The notes: generated by a model from the sequence alone, not told the origin. DNA of 64,000 nt from Eledone cirrhosa (GCA_964016885.1 OZ024741.1:334924001-334988000), one strand, 5' to 3'; numbered from the stretch's first letter, positions 43,531-57,719 are shown. Translations and numbers: made by a program.

Positions 43531-43639
43531 TCATATTATCAAAACAACAATTACAACATTGTCAAAAACAAAAACAACAGCAATAATACTGGCCAATCAC
43601 ACAAAAAGGCACACACATATACACGGACACAATAACTCA

Positions 43640-43740
43640 AAAAAGGTACAGACCCACTCATACAAACACACACACTGATACATTCACTGATATATACACA
43701 CACACACACACTCACTGATACTTTCACCCACTCATACACA

Positions 43741-43771
<31 letters not shown>

Positions 43772-44390
43772 TGATTCATTCAGCCACTCATACACACACA
43801 CACACACTGATACATTCACCCACTCACACACACACACACACACACACACTGATACACACACACGCACACACACTGATATTTTCACCCACTCATACACACA
43901 AACACACACACACACACACTGATTCATTCAGCCACTCATACACACACACACACACTGATACATTCACCCACTCACACACACACACAAACACACACTGATA
44001 CACACACACACATACACACACAGACACTCATACATTCAGCCACTCATACACACACACACACTGATACATTCACCCACTCACACACACACACACACACACA
44101 CACACTGATACACACACACACATACACACACAGACACTCATACATTCAGCCACTCATACACACACACACACACTGATACATTCACCCACTCACACACCCA
44201 CACACACACACTGATACACACACACACACACACATACACACACACTGATACATTCAGCCACTCATACACACCCACTCATACACACACACACACTGATACA
44301 TTCACCCGCTCATATACACCCACACACACGCACACTGATACATTCACCCCCCCCCCCCCCACACACACACACACACAAATACACACATGG
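43640..44390. repeat. Compound (CA)n repeat with CTGATACATTCA(C/G)CCACTCA spacers
   Basis: Repeated modules directly visible. Confidence 0.85.
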
Positions 44391-44522
44391 ACTCACTGCT
44401 AAATAATTATCAGACATTCTTTCACAGAACCCCCCCCCCCCCCCCCACCCCGCCTTTATATTGGAATGGATATCAATTCTTTAGAATCACTTGCAATAAT
44501 CCATCATCAGAGTGTAGTATTG

Positions 44523-45098
<576 letters not shown>

Positions 45099-45607
45099 TA
45101 TATATATGTATATGTATATATATATGTATGTATATATATATATGTATATATATATATGTATGTATATATATATATCGAATTCGCAGACCAGACCCCTTCT
45201 TCCTCCCGTTAGACCTGTGCGAAATTCCTTCCTTGCTCACATTTCAACCAGGTTTGATGGTCTTTATTCTCTCGTTCACGATTCCACCGAATTTATATTC
45301 ATAGAAATCTGGGACTTGTTTCTTTCTTCTTCATCACTTTCTGTTGCTTAAACCATTTTGTTTGTTTACCCTAGCGTCCCCTTTATTTACGTGTCCCAAC
45401 GACTTTTTTTAGCCGTTGTTCGCACCAACCTGAGGTATATGGCCCTTAATGCGATGAAATGCCTAGGACAGTTGGAAGGCCACTAATGAAGGACAAACTT
45501 TTTCATATGTAACCCATTTGCAATGCTGCAGCTCCATTATTATATATATATGTATATATATATGTGTGTATATATAGTTGTGTGTGTGTATGTATATATA
45601 TATGTAA

Positions 45608-45649
<42 letters not shown>

Positions 45650-45996
45650 ATGTATGTATATGTATGTATGTATGTATATATATATATGTGTGTATATATA
45701 TATATATGTGTATGTATATATATATATGTATATGTTTTTATATATATATGTGTATGTATATATATGTGTTTGTATATATATATATGTATATATGTGTATA
45801 TATATATATGTGTGTATGTATATATATGTATATGTGTATATATATATATATACATATATATATTTATATATGTATATATATATATGTATATATCTATATA
45901 TGTATATATATATATGTATATGTGTATATATATGTATGTATGTATATATATATGTATACGTATATGTGTATATATATATATGAGTGTGTGTATATG

Positions 45997-46066
<70 letters not shown>

Positions 46067-46078
46067 TATGTATATATC

Positions 46079-46110
<32 letters not shown>

Positions 46111-46210
46111 AAATTGAGGTTGGTAATGGCACATGGAATATATAAGAGACAGAATACTTTTTTGTGAAAAAACATAATTTTATAAGGTAAGGAAATAATA
46201 AAGGGTATAA

Positions 46211-46258
46211 AAAATGACCGGTTTCGATGGGTCTGCAAAAGCCATCTTTTCAAATGTT
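46211..46258 (-). ncRNA. Minimal hammerhead ribozyme (U3-A8 variant) in the 3' pseudo-LTR
   Basis: Reverse complement of 47734-47781. Confidence 0.7.
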
Positions 46259-46714
46259 GATTAATATTAAGAAAAATTAATAATACGAAGAGTTAAAATT
46301 TGAGACTTGAAAATTCAAGTATAAAATTCATTGTGGGATTTCATAGCAGTTTTCATCTGGGTAGCAACAACAGGTTGACTGCTGTGTCCCTTTCTGGTAG
46401 TGAATGAGAAGTTATTTGGGGTGTGGGTTATTTTATAAAGGTCAGATTTAGCAATCACCAACTGGCCAGCTGCTGGTCAGTGAGGGGGTGGAAGCAATAT
46501 ACATACACATATCTTCCTGTGATGGGTAGGAGAGTGGAGCGTGATAGAAAGGGATTTAGTGCACTTACACCTATATATACACACATACCTTCATCCACAC
46601 ATACATACATATACATATACATATATATATATACATATATATACATATACACACATACATACACACACACATACATATACATACACACATACACACACAC
46701 ACATATATACACAT

Positions 46715-46763
<49 letters not shown>

Positions 46764-46834
46764 TATATATACATACACATACATCCAGATACACACATAC
46801 ATACACACACACATACACATATATATATATACAC

Positions 46835-46874
<40 letters not shown>

Positions 46875-46886
46875 CCACACATACAT

Positions 46887-46917
<31 letters not shown>

Positions 46918-46967
46918 CATACACACATACAAACATACACACACACACACACATATATATACACACA

Positions 46968-47017
<50 letters not shown>

Positions 47018-47733
47018 CTCATACGCATACATCCAGATACCCACATACATACACACACACACACACACGCACACACAATACATACATCCACATGCACACA
47101 CATACACACACACACATATACACATACATACACCCACACACAGAGAAATGGCCTCCAAATATATATATATATATATACATACAGACACATATATTTTTTC
47201 CATAATATAAGAAGTTGGGGCAGTGAAATTAAAATACAAGTCATTCTGATCACATTGAGTTCTTCATGTAGATTGGGCCCCGCAACCGACAGTGGTGAAT
47301 TCTGTGTGCGCATATATATATAGATATATGTGTGTGCACGTGCAGGGTTTAACATGGATGTGTTGGTCACACAAAGGCATGGTCTGTCAATGAATAAACC
47401 TGATTCTACAGAATTGGTCTCTGGTCTTTAATAGTAGTGATTCCGTGCGTATGTGTGTTTATATTTTATGACAATTCCATTGGGGTGATAACCCGTTTAG
47501 TTTTGGTTTAAATTTGTTAAGGAATAGATTTTCTTTGTTTATTCTTTGTTGCTGTGTGAACGAATCTGAGCACTTGTAGAAGGGGAAGATTTTAAAGTTG
47601 GGTAGTGTCATTCCTGCGCAGTTGTTGCTACCTAGATGAAAACTGCTATGAAATCCTACAATGAATTTTATACTTGAATTTTCAAGTCTCAAATTTTAAC
47701 TCTTCGTATTATTAATTTTTCTTAATATTAATC

Positions 47734-47781
47734 AACATTTGAAAAGATGGCTTTTGCAGACCCATCGAAACCGGTCATTTT
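47734..47781 (+). ncRNA. Minimal hammerhead ribozyme (U3-A8 variant) in the inverted pseudo-LTR
   Basis: AACAT-TTGAAAA(47739-45)-GATGG..CCATC-GAAA(47767-70)-C CG GTC-ATTTT; stem I weak. Confidence 0.72.
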
Positions 47782-47917
47782 TTATACCCTTTATTATTTC
47801 CTTACCTTATAAAATTATGTTTTTTCACAAAAAAGTATTCTGTCTCTTATATATTCCATGTGCCATTACCAACCTCAATTTTCTCTATAACCTTCGTTTC
47901 GTGTAGAAAATTACACT

Positions 47918-48007
<90 letters not shown>

Positions 48008-48009
<2 letters not shown>

Positions 48010-50264
48010 CATCATCATCATCATCATCAACGTTTAACGTCCGTGTTCCACGCTTGCATGGGTTTGGACGGGGGTAGTCCCACTTGAGGCAAGAGTGATT
48101 GTCTTGCTCGCATAGGACTGTCTGGCAGGTTTTCTACAGTTGGATGCCCTTCCTAACACCAACCACATTTACAGTGTGGGTCTGGGAGGTTTTTACCGTG
48201 TTGCCTACACGGCCACATTACAGCGTGGACTGTGTGTTTTTTTGTCGTGACACCTACACGATCTCATTTGTTTCGGCCTCGATGGCGCGGCACCAACATA
48301 ACTTTACATAGAACGGGGTGGTGTGGATCGGGTGGGGGTGGGGTGGTGGGACGGGGTGTATTTTGTTAGAGATGCCTACTGGCTGGAGTAGGTTTTACTA
48401 TATATTTAGGTAAGGCGGGTCTTCTCTGTTACTGAGTACCGCCAAAGGTCTCGGTCCAGTGACATTGTCTTGGAGAGGTGTAAGTGTGTGATGTCGGAGT
48501 TTATCAGCTCGTCCCAGGTTTTTCTAGGTCTGCCTATTCCGTGACTACCGTCTATCTTTATTGCCCTGCACTTTGTTATACAGCTATCGACTTTCATGCG
48601 CATCACGTGTCCATACCAACGTAGCCTTCTCTCGAGTAAACAACATCTGATCCCTCTTATCTCTAATTTATTCCTTAGTTCGTTTATGCTTTGCCGTTCA
48701 CGTATATTACTGTTACACATCCAGCGGAGCATGCAAGCTTCGTTCCTCTCTAGTCTGCGTATATCCTCTGCACACAATGCCCAGGTCTCACTGCCATGCA
48801 GCATTGCTGTTCGTATGCAGGCATCGTACAACCTGCCTTTCATTTTTAGTGAGAACCCTTTAGCAGCTCATAGTGGTATAAGCTCTCTGAACTTTTTCCA
48901 ACCAGTTCTGACTCTAGCTACAGTACTTTCAGAGCACCCTCCCCCACTGCTGATTTTATCGCCCAGGTAACGGAAGCTGTCCACTATTTCTATAGAACCC
49001 TCTGCGCAATTGAAAGAGCTAGTAGTTTGTGGGCACTTGCTGCTACTTATTGCACCAGAGCACCGGCCACATGTAAAATCTATGTTCTTAGTTAGCTTAC
49101 CTGTGATCCCACTACATCTTTTATGCACCCATACTTTGCATTTAGGACATAAAATGGAGTTTCTACCTACGCCTTTCCTACACACCGAGCACGACCATTT
49201 CCCAGAAGGGACCGCCGCCTTGTTTTCTTTCCTACAAACTAGTACTTTGGTCTTAGCCAGGTTAATTTTAAGTCCTTTTGACTCTAGGCCGTGCTTCCAT
49301 GTTTGGAATTTCTTCTCTAGCTCGGCCATTGATTCCGCTATGAGTGTCAGGTCGTCTGCGTATAGGAGTTCCCATGGGCAGCCTGTCTTGAACTCCTCTG
49401 TTATAGCCTGAAGGGCAATAATAAATAGTAGTGGACTGAGAACAGAGCCCTGATGGACGCCGACTTTTACGCTAAACTCTTCACTATATTCGTTGTTAAT
49501 TCTAACCTTGCTGACTGTTTCTTTATACATGGCTTGTATAGCCCTCACAAGCCATTCGTCAACGCCTAGTTTTCTAAGAGCCCACCAGATAATGGAGCGG
49601 GGGACTCTGTCGAAGGCTTTCTCCAAGTCGACAAAAGCTAAGTAGAGGGGTTTACCTTTAGCTAGGTACTTCTCCTGTAGTTGTCGTACTATGAAAAGAG
49701 CGTCTGTGGTACTTTTGCCTGACACAAACCCGAACTGCATTTCATCTAGGTCAATTCTCTCTCTGATTAGTTGCGCTATTACTCTTTCCGTGACCTTCAT
49801 GACCTGGTCGATTAATTTAATGCCTCTATAGTTACTCCTATCTAGGGCGTCTCCTTTACCCTTATAACAGTTAACGATGATGCTGCTATGCCAGTCCTTC
49901 GGAACAACCCCGTTCTGTACGACTTGGTTAACTATGCGGGTGACCATGGTGTGTCCCACCGTGCCAGATGCCTTCAGCATCTCAGCAACTATTTCCGAAG
50001 GCCCAGCCGCCTTACCAGTCTTCATATCCTTGATTGCCTTACTTATTATACTCCCCTCGACTAACACTGCTGGTCCCTCTATTGGGTCGATATGGGGGAG
50101 ACTGCCTTTCTCCCAATTATTCTCCTCATTTAGAAGCCTTTCATAGTGACACTTCCAAGCTACCTTCTTATCAGCGTCGGTGATGGCAAGTGTGCCATCG
50201 TCGTTTAGTACACACTTCTCCCCGACAATATCACGGTTTTCCTTGACGCATTGCCTAGCAACGT
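48008..50264 (-). mobile_element. 5'-truncated RTE-type LINE; RT with PHD-like finger, one in-frame stop at 48868-48870, (TGA)n tail
   Basis: NYRGIKL, QFGF, FVDLEKAFDRV, GVHQGSVLSP, YADD, FRYLG, HGSETW, RLRWYGHVMR, GRPRKTW. Confidence 0.95.
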
Positions 50265-50664
50265 TTATATATATATATATGTCCAGATCCATGCTAGCTT
50301 GGAAGATGGACGTTAAATGATGATGATGATGATGATATGTATATTTATATATATACATACATATGTGTATATATATATATATATATTCATGCACACAACA
50401 ACATACACATATACAATTATATATACAATTATACATACATCCCACATTAGCACATCAGCAAAGTTCACTGAGAAACAAAAGGAAAAGCTGTTAACTAAAT
50501 AAACCAAATGAATTAACCATTATAAATATATATTTAAAAAAATATATATACACATACATATATATATATATATACAACATATAACTGCAGAAATATACAC
50601 ACATGTATATGTGTGTGTGTCTGTGTTTGTGTATGCATACATTTATATGTTTATGTATGTGTGC

Positions 50665-50752
<88 letters not shown>

Positions 50753-51140
50753 ATGTGTGTGTATGTATGTGTGTGTGTTTGTATATGCATATATTTATAT
50801 ATGTTTATGTATGTGTGTCTATATATATATATGTGTGTGTTTGTGTATACATACATTTATATATATTTATGTAAGTGTATCTATATATATGTGTGTGTGT
50901 GTGTGTGTGCATACATTTATATATGTTAATGTATGTGTCTATTTATATATATGTGTGTGTGTGTGTAACTAGAAAAAAGGATAAGGGACTATCATACATA
51001 TAATAAAACACACAATTGCTGTGACATGAATGCAAAAATATAATGTGATTAAGAAATTGGAGAGAAAACTTGTCTAAGAGAAGAGATTGAGATAAAAATG
51101 TAAAGTGATGTTTCTGACATAAATATGTGTAATATAGATG

Positions 51141-51217
<77 letters not shown>

Positions 51218-51392
51218 ATGTATATGTGTGTGTCTATGTGTGAATATATATATGTTTGTGTATATATATATATATGCATGTATATGTCTATCTATATGTG
51301 CGGGTGTATGTCTGTATATATAGTAGAACTCTAAAATAAAATCTAAGGTATGGATTTAAAATTCCTCCACATTATATTTTTTAAATACACAA

Positions 51393-51429
<37 letters not shown>

Positions 51430-51847
51430 CAAATAAAGATTCAGCGAGAATCGCATTTTGGGGAGCAGGAAATGCGAAATGAAACGCAAAAATCAGAAAT
51501 GACACTGGCAAAGTGCTCAATAGTTAAAAACCAGAGCTAAACAATGTGTTAAGAAGCCATACAAAACTGAAAAAGTGGTCAAGAAGGCATTAACTACCCA
51601 AGCCAAAAAACCAAATCAAGCTAAACAGGTCAAAACTAAATAAATGATAAAAAATAAATGATAACCAGAATATATAAATACAATTAGCAGAAGGAAAAAA
51701 TAGGGGAATAGGAGAAAGGTAAACTAGTGACTTGAAGTATTTATTTATCAACTGGAATGTGAAAAACATATTTTTCCTCATTGGTAGGATGTTGCCTGAT
51801 TGAAAAAAAAGTGTTCTGTTTACTTAAAACATTTAAAAGACATAAGT

Positions 51848-52025
51848 CATCATCATCATCATCATCATCGTTTAACGTCCATCTTCCACGCTTGCATGGG
51901 TTTGGACGGGAGTTTTCCCACTTGAGGCAAGATTTGTTGTCCTGTCTGGCGGGTTTTCTACGGCTGGATGCCCTTCCTAACACCAACCACGTTTACAGTG
52001 TGGACTGAGAGGTTTTTACCGTGTT
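51848..52025 (-). mobile_element. 3' end fragment of the same RTE LINE family
   Basis: (CAT)n-CGTTTAACGTCC...GGATGCCCTTCCTAACACCAACC matches 48010-48200. Confidence 0.8.
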
Positions 52026-52175
52026 ACATGCATATTCCTATCTTTTCAACTCTTCTTCTGTCCATCTCTCTCTCTCTCTCTCCCTTTCTCTCTCTCTCTC
52101 TCCCCCCTCTCTCTCTCTCTCTCTGTGTCTATCTATCTATCTTTATCTCTCTCTCTATCTCTCTCTATCTCTATA

Positions 52176-52207
<32 letters not shown>

Positions 52208-52368
52208 CAGTATTTTTGTATCGAGAGAGAGAAAAAAGGGGAGGATAGGTGATACATATAGTTATTTGCCAAGTAGCGTATGCCAAAGGTGCTCGATACT
52301 AGTACCGGCAGTATTAAATATTCAAAGTGTTAATATTTAGTGGGCTAGAGAGTTAGCAGAGCGTAAGC

Positions 52369-52590
52369 ACGTGGGAAAGTAAGAAATCTGCTGCAAAATC
52401 AAAACAAGCTATTTTTGCGAGCAATGAACCTTGACGTGAATTTAACCCCAAAAACTCTTTCCGAGCAATGTAAGGAACCCTTTTGGTTATTTATGCCCTT
52501 GAGAAGCCCAACTGGGCGAAACGTACGTAGGTGCTGTTTTAAATAAACATGTTTTAACGGTCTATTCTCCGATTTCTTACTTTCCCACGT
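52369..52590 (+). mobile_element. Penelope-like pseudo-LTR fragment with a 20-bp inverted terminal copy
   Basis: ACGTGGGAAAGTAAGAAATC (52369-52388) / GATTTCTTACTTTCCCACGT (52571-52590); internal hammerhead, AATAAA, (TA)n downstream. Confidence 0.65.
52495..52534 (+). ncRNA. Minimal hammerhead ribozyme, U3-A8 variant
   Basis: GCCC-TTGAGAA-GCCC aact GGGC-GAAA-C GTAC GTA-GGTGC; palindromic stem III loop. Confidence 0.78.
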
Positions 52591-53502
52591 ATATATATAT
52601 ATATATATACATATTTATATATATGTGTCTGATGGTAGCTAAGATGCTTCCATAGGCGGTATGCCGGTTGAGCAATCTATGCTCTTACTGTATTACTCTT
52701 CCTAGTGTACTAATATCCTGTAAAGAAAAAATAGCTAGTCTTCTAATTATTAAGGACCTGATGAATCATCTCAGAAACAAACAAGATCTATATGGAACTT
52801 CTATTAAAAAGCAGACAAACTTTTAAGAATAAAAGTTACTTGTTTGAATCCAATTTGCTACTTTGTACATGAATAAGATATCACTTAATCAGAGGGTTAG
52901 CAGGCAGATCAAGTTTAACTTTTTCATTAGCATATTTCTAATGACAGGTACTGCTAATCATTTTAAAATAATTTTGAAAATTACCAAGAATTTGGAGAGA
53001 TTTAGTAATATAATTAACTTTCTCATTATTAAGTTGATGTTCGGAATATAACTTATTAAAGGTTATAACATAACATTATGATGGAAGATTTTTAGATAAG
53101 TATAAACACTTTAAATTTTTCATTACCATATTTCTCATAAATTACATTGCCTAAAGTATTCAAATAATTGTAAAAATTACCAAGAATTTGAAGGAATTTA
53201 ATAATATGCCTTTCTCATTATTAAGCTTGTGTTTGGAACAACAAAGGTTATTGCATGACATTATGATGAGAGATTATTGTATATACTCAAATATAAGTTG
53301 ATCACCTTATTTTTATCTTTGAGAAATAGTCAAAATTCCAGCCCCTTTTACAAACCGAAGCAGATAATTAACACATTATGTTTAGATTGTGCTGATTTAA
53401 AATTCTCATGAGTGGAGAATATATTTATGAAGTTTTAATATTTTGATATTTTAGATGTTTTAAGTGCTGTTTAGAGTATACGTTTTGTTCCACAATTCCA
53501 TC

Positions 53503-55367
53503 TGGGTCTGTAGGTCACACTATAACCACACGTATTGTTAACCAGGTAATACTAGAAGGTGTCATACCAAAAGATTGGTGCAGTAGCATCATTGTCAACT
53601 GCTACAAAGGTAAAGGTGATGCACTCGATAGAGGAAACTATAGAGGTATATAGCTGATCGACCAGGTCATGAAAGTAACAGAAAGAGTTATAGCACAGTT
53701 GATTAAGGACCGGGTGAAACTAGATGAGATGCAATTTGGGTTTGTACCAGGAAGAGGCACCACTGATGCCCTCTTCCTTGTGAGACAGTTACAGGAAAAG
53801 TACCTAGCTAAAAGTAAGCCACTCTACCTGGCATTCGTCGATCTCAAGAAAGACTTTGACAGAGTTCCACATGCTGTAATCTGGTGGGTTCTTAGAAAAT
53901 TAGGAGTAGATGAATGGCTTGTAAAAGCTGTACAAGCCATGTATAGGGGAGCAGTCAGCAAAGTTAGGATTAGCAAAGAGTATAGCGAGGAATTTAGCGT
54001 ACAGGTTGGGGTCCACCAGGGCTCTGTTCTTAGCCCTCTCCTGTTCATCATAGTCCTGCAGGCAATAACGGAGGAGTTTAAGACCGGATGCCCATGGGAA
54101 CTCCTGTATGCTGATGACCTCGCACTTATAGCTGAATCTATGGTAGAACTAGAGAAGAAATTCCAAACTTGGAAGCAGGGACTAGAAAGGAAGGGTCTCA
54201 AAGTCAACATGACAAAGACTAAGGTCCTTGTAAGTAGACGAGAAAACAGAACCCAGATCCCCTCAGGGAAATGGCCTTGCTCAGTATGTAGGAAAGGTGT
54301 AGGTAGGAACTCCATTCTCTGCCCCAAATGCAAACAATGGGTACACAAGAGATGTAGCGGGATCTCAGGAAACTTAATTAAGAATGTAGGCTTTACATGC
54401 AGCAGCTGTACTGGGACAGCAAGCAGCAAACATCCACAGGAAACAAGTACCACCAATCTCTGGGAGGGCTCTATAGAGACAGTAGACAGCTTCTGCTACC
54501 TAGGTGACCGAATTAGCAGCGAAGGTGGGTGTTCAGAAAGTACAATAACTAGGGTAAGAACGGGATGGAAGAAGTTCAGGGAACTACTACCACTGCTAGC
54601 TGCAAAAGGCTTCTCCCTCAGAATGAAAGGCAGACTGTATAATGCATGTATCCGAACAGCAATGTTACATGGTAGTGAGACCTGGGCGCTGAAGGTGGAA
54701 GACTTACATAGATTAGAGAGAAACGAAGCCTGCATGCTCCGATGGATGTGTAATAGTAATATACACGAACAACAAAGCATAAATGAATTGAGAGAGAGAC
54801 TGAGCATAAGAGGAATCAAATGCTGTGTGCAGGAGAGGCGGTTGCGCTGGTATGGGCATGTGATGCGTATGAAGGATGACAGCTGCATAAAAGCACTAGA
54901 AGTTGATGGAAACCGCGGAGTGGGGAGACCCAAGATGACCTGGGATGAGGTGATAAAAGCCGACCTTACCCAATTACACCTCTCAAAGGCGATGACACAC
55001 GACCATTACCTCTGGCGTCACGCAGTAATACAGAGTACCCGACCTCCCATGGGTACAAGCTGAAGCATATAGACAATATGCCCCCACACCCTCCCACTGC
55101 AAGGTGGTCGTGGAGGTGCCACGGCAAAAAAGCACCCAGCCCACACTGTAAAGTGGACGTGTAGGTGCCACGAAAAAGCACCCAGCACTCACTGTAAATG
55201 AGGTTGGTGTTAGGAAGGGCATCCAGCTGTAGAAATCAAGCCAAATCAGTTCCTGTATGAGCAAGGCATGGTCAGCCGACCAGACACTGCCCACAACAGG
55301 ATAACCCATCTGACCCATGCTAGCGTGGAAGAACGGACGTAAAACGGTGATGATGATGATGATGATT
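53503..55367 (+). mobile_element. 5'-truncated RTE-type LINE, diverged sister of 48008-50264; open 464-aa RT segment 53669-55063
   Basis: Same RT motifs and PHD-like finger; upstream TAG near 53652; 3' UTR and (TGA)n tail. Confidence 0.95.
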
Positions 55368-56214
55368 ACATAATGATGTTTTATTAATTTCCAACTGATT
55401 TGAAGGCCATATTCATTCAAAACATATCAGAAACAATAGGAAATATCGAAAGTAAAACCAGTGTAATATTCACCTCCAAAGCAAAAATATTTTAGCACCT
55501 CATTTGCATAGAATTCTAAAGTTGGTGAAAATCAGCAAAATATTAACCTCAAATATAAGTCCCTCCCCATTTAGCCACCAATTTTTTTGTCACGTATTTC
55601 TTGACTCATATACAAGTATGTATCGTAAATAGAATAATATACATACAGCTTTGTATCATAAAACCAGGGGCAGTTTCATGTATTTTGGTATTGAAATGTT
55701 ATTGCTAGAAATAATTATAATTATGTTAGTAATATTTAGATATTTAATTAACTATAATCCTTCGCTTTCCTTGCTAGTAAGTTAGTACTTAAGTGGAGCT
55801 ACTGACCACCCAGACGGGCCAAGCAGTCTATATCCTGCTCATGTAACTAGAATTTATTTAATTATTATTAATTCACCTTAGATATTTAAGTATTTAATTA
55901 ACTACTATAACTATTTCAGATTTAGTAGAATTGCTAGAACATTCGATTAAATACTTTTGGATTCGTTCAGGCTCTCTTCACTCACAGTTCAAATTCTGTT
56001 GAGGTCAACATTACTTTTCACCCCTTTCAGGTCAATAAATACAGTAGTAATCCATGTGGGGTTAGTGGTGGTCTGGCAAATTGTTAAAGATTCTGACAGG
56101 ATATCTTGCAATATATGATCTAGTTTTGTGCCTTGTGAATTCAAATTCCACCACCTTTTGTGAAGAGTAGCACACTGGCAAATAGTATCAGCAAGAGAAA
56201 GACCAAAGAAAACA

Positions 56215-56505
56215 TGAGGATAGGTTGCAAAGTTCATAGTCTGATCAAGATACTCTCATGGAATCACCAAATGAGGTTTATTTTTCAACATAGTTCCCAG
56301 GAAGGAACATTACAGTTATTAATAAGATTTGAAATGAATTGTTTCTACTTTTGGCACAAGGCCAGCAATTACCCAGTACATTACTGGTACTTTATTTTAT
56401 CGACCCCGTAAGGATGAAAGGCAAAGTTAACCTCGAAGAAGATTTGAAGTTAATGCATGCAAGATTTTACAGCTCTAGTATCACTCTTTCATAGTCAGCC
56501 TACCC
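56215..56505 (+). mobile_element. Mariner-like MITE interrupted by a 5'-truncated SINE (56338-56434, minus)
   Basis: Homology to 3964-4245 and 22878-23265. Confidence 0.7.
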
Positions 56506-56745
56506 TTATAGTTTACTTAGTCTGATCTGACAGATCAGCTCTTTTCCTTTCCATTTTCTTCAACTACTTTCTGAAAGACTCAAACACATTGTTAAGGGGA
56601 GGTCAATGGTTATTGTTACAGCCCTGGTTTGAGTCTTGTTAAGGAGTTTATTGGTAAAATTTCAATCCCAATTATATGAATATAATGTTGAATATCTTAT
56701 TATATAAACACATTGAAACTCAATTTTGTTATTCAAAATTATATA

Positions 56746-57260
56746 TATTCTATTTTTATTTCTATGTTCTCTAATTTACCCTTAGAGAATATAGAAATAA
56801 AAATAGAATCTACACACAGAAAAGACGCAATGTTTAGACAAATCACAGAGGCAATAGACATAAATGAATTACAACCAAAATTAAATAGAAAACATGAGTG
56901 GAACAGCAACATCACAACTTACAATTAAGGACAAAATGAAAACACACACGCACATAGAACAAACAACCAACCAGTAACATGTAAATAAACAAATAAATAA
57001 ATGAATATAAACACACAGACACCCGGATGTAACACATGCGCAAATTAAGCACACAACACACACACAAAAACAAGATGGCATAGGACAGAACAAAAAAGAG
57101 GCACAAAAAACAAAGAAAAGAATCCACAGTCACTGAAGAGGTCACAGAATGTGTGACGAAAGAACTTTGACAATATATAAACAACCATCTGGTTGTGGAA
57201 CCAACCAACCGGAAATTTATAAATTCCTAAATTTATAAATTTATTATAATAAATTGAAGT
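56746..57260 (+). mobile_element. 3' remnant of a Penelope-like element with a 5' fold-back hairpin
   Basis: FRQITEAIDINELQPKLNR GIY-YIG C-terminus; hairpin ATTCTATTTTTATTTCTATGTTCTCTAA/TTAGAGAATATAGAAATAAAAATAGAAT at 56747-56809; downstream hammerhead. Confidence 0.78.
57129..57171 (+). ncRNA. Minimal type-I hammerhead ribozyme, canonical C3-G8 core
   Basis: GTCA-CTGAAGA-g-GTCACA gaatg TGTGAC-GAAA-G AA C TT-TGAC; stems I and II pair fully. Confidence 0.78.
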
Positions 57261-57389
57261 GAAAGCAACTGGTGCATGTGTTTCTTATTGGCAACATGAC
57301 CCTCCCAAAGTATAACAATATATATATATATATATATATACATACATATATATATATACATATATATATATATACATATATATATATAC

Positions 57390-57492
<103 letters not shown>

Positions 57493-57527
57493 TAAAAGAA
57501 TAGAGGTGTAAAACCTATCTCAAAATT

Positions 57528-57565
57528 ATTTTTGAAAAGCATTAGAAATGCGCAACCGGTAAAAA
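57528..57565 (+). ncRNA. Degenerate minimal hammerhead (U3-A8, GAAA changed to GCAA) in a solo pseudo-LTR fragment (57491-57680)
   Basis: TTT-TTGAAAA-GCATT aga AATGC-GCAA-C CG GTA-AAA. Confidence 0.5.
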
Positions 57566-57674
57566 CTTAAAACTAAAACTGAATACTAACCAATACTTAT
57601 TACTAATTTTTACTTATTCCTAATTAAACTATTTTTCACTGGGAACAATTTGGCAGCATTTTCTTTTCCTTTTA

Positions 57675-57719
<45 letters not shown>

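Larger units (their letters stand above)
46106..47922 (-). mobile_element. 5'-truncated Penelope-like element with inverted pseudo-LTRs (46106-46371 and 47621-47922)
   Basis: ~265-bp near-identical inverted repeats; GIY-YIG C-terminus FKIFPFYKC...RINKENLFLNKFKPKLN on the minus strand at 47490-47620; hammerhead in both repeats. Confidence 0.88.

Noticed and set aside
36437-43534. 2365-aa minus-strand (VDNVVVVT)n ORF
   Set aside because: Antisense reading of the 24-bp array with no domain or gene context.
51435-51790. CGCATTT...AAATGCGAAA stem resembling a hammerhead stem II
   Set aside because: No recognisable upstream core or GUH; too degenerate to call.
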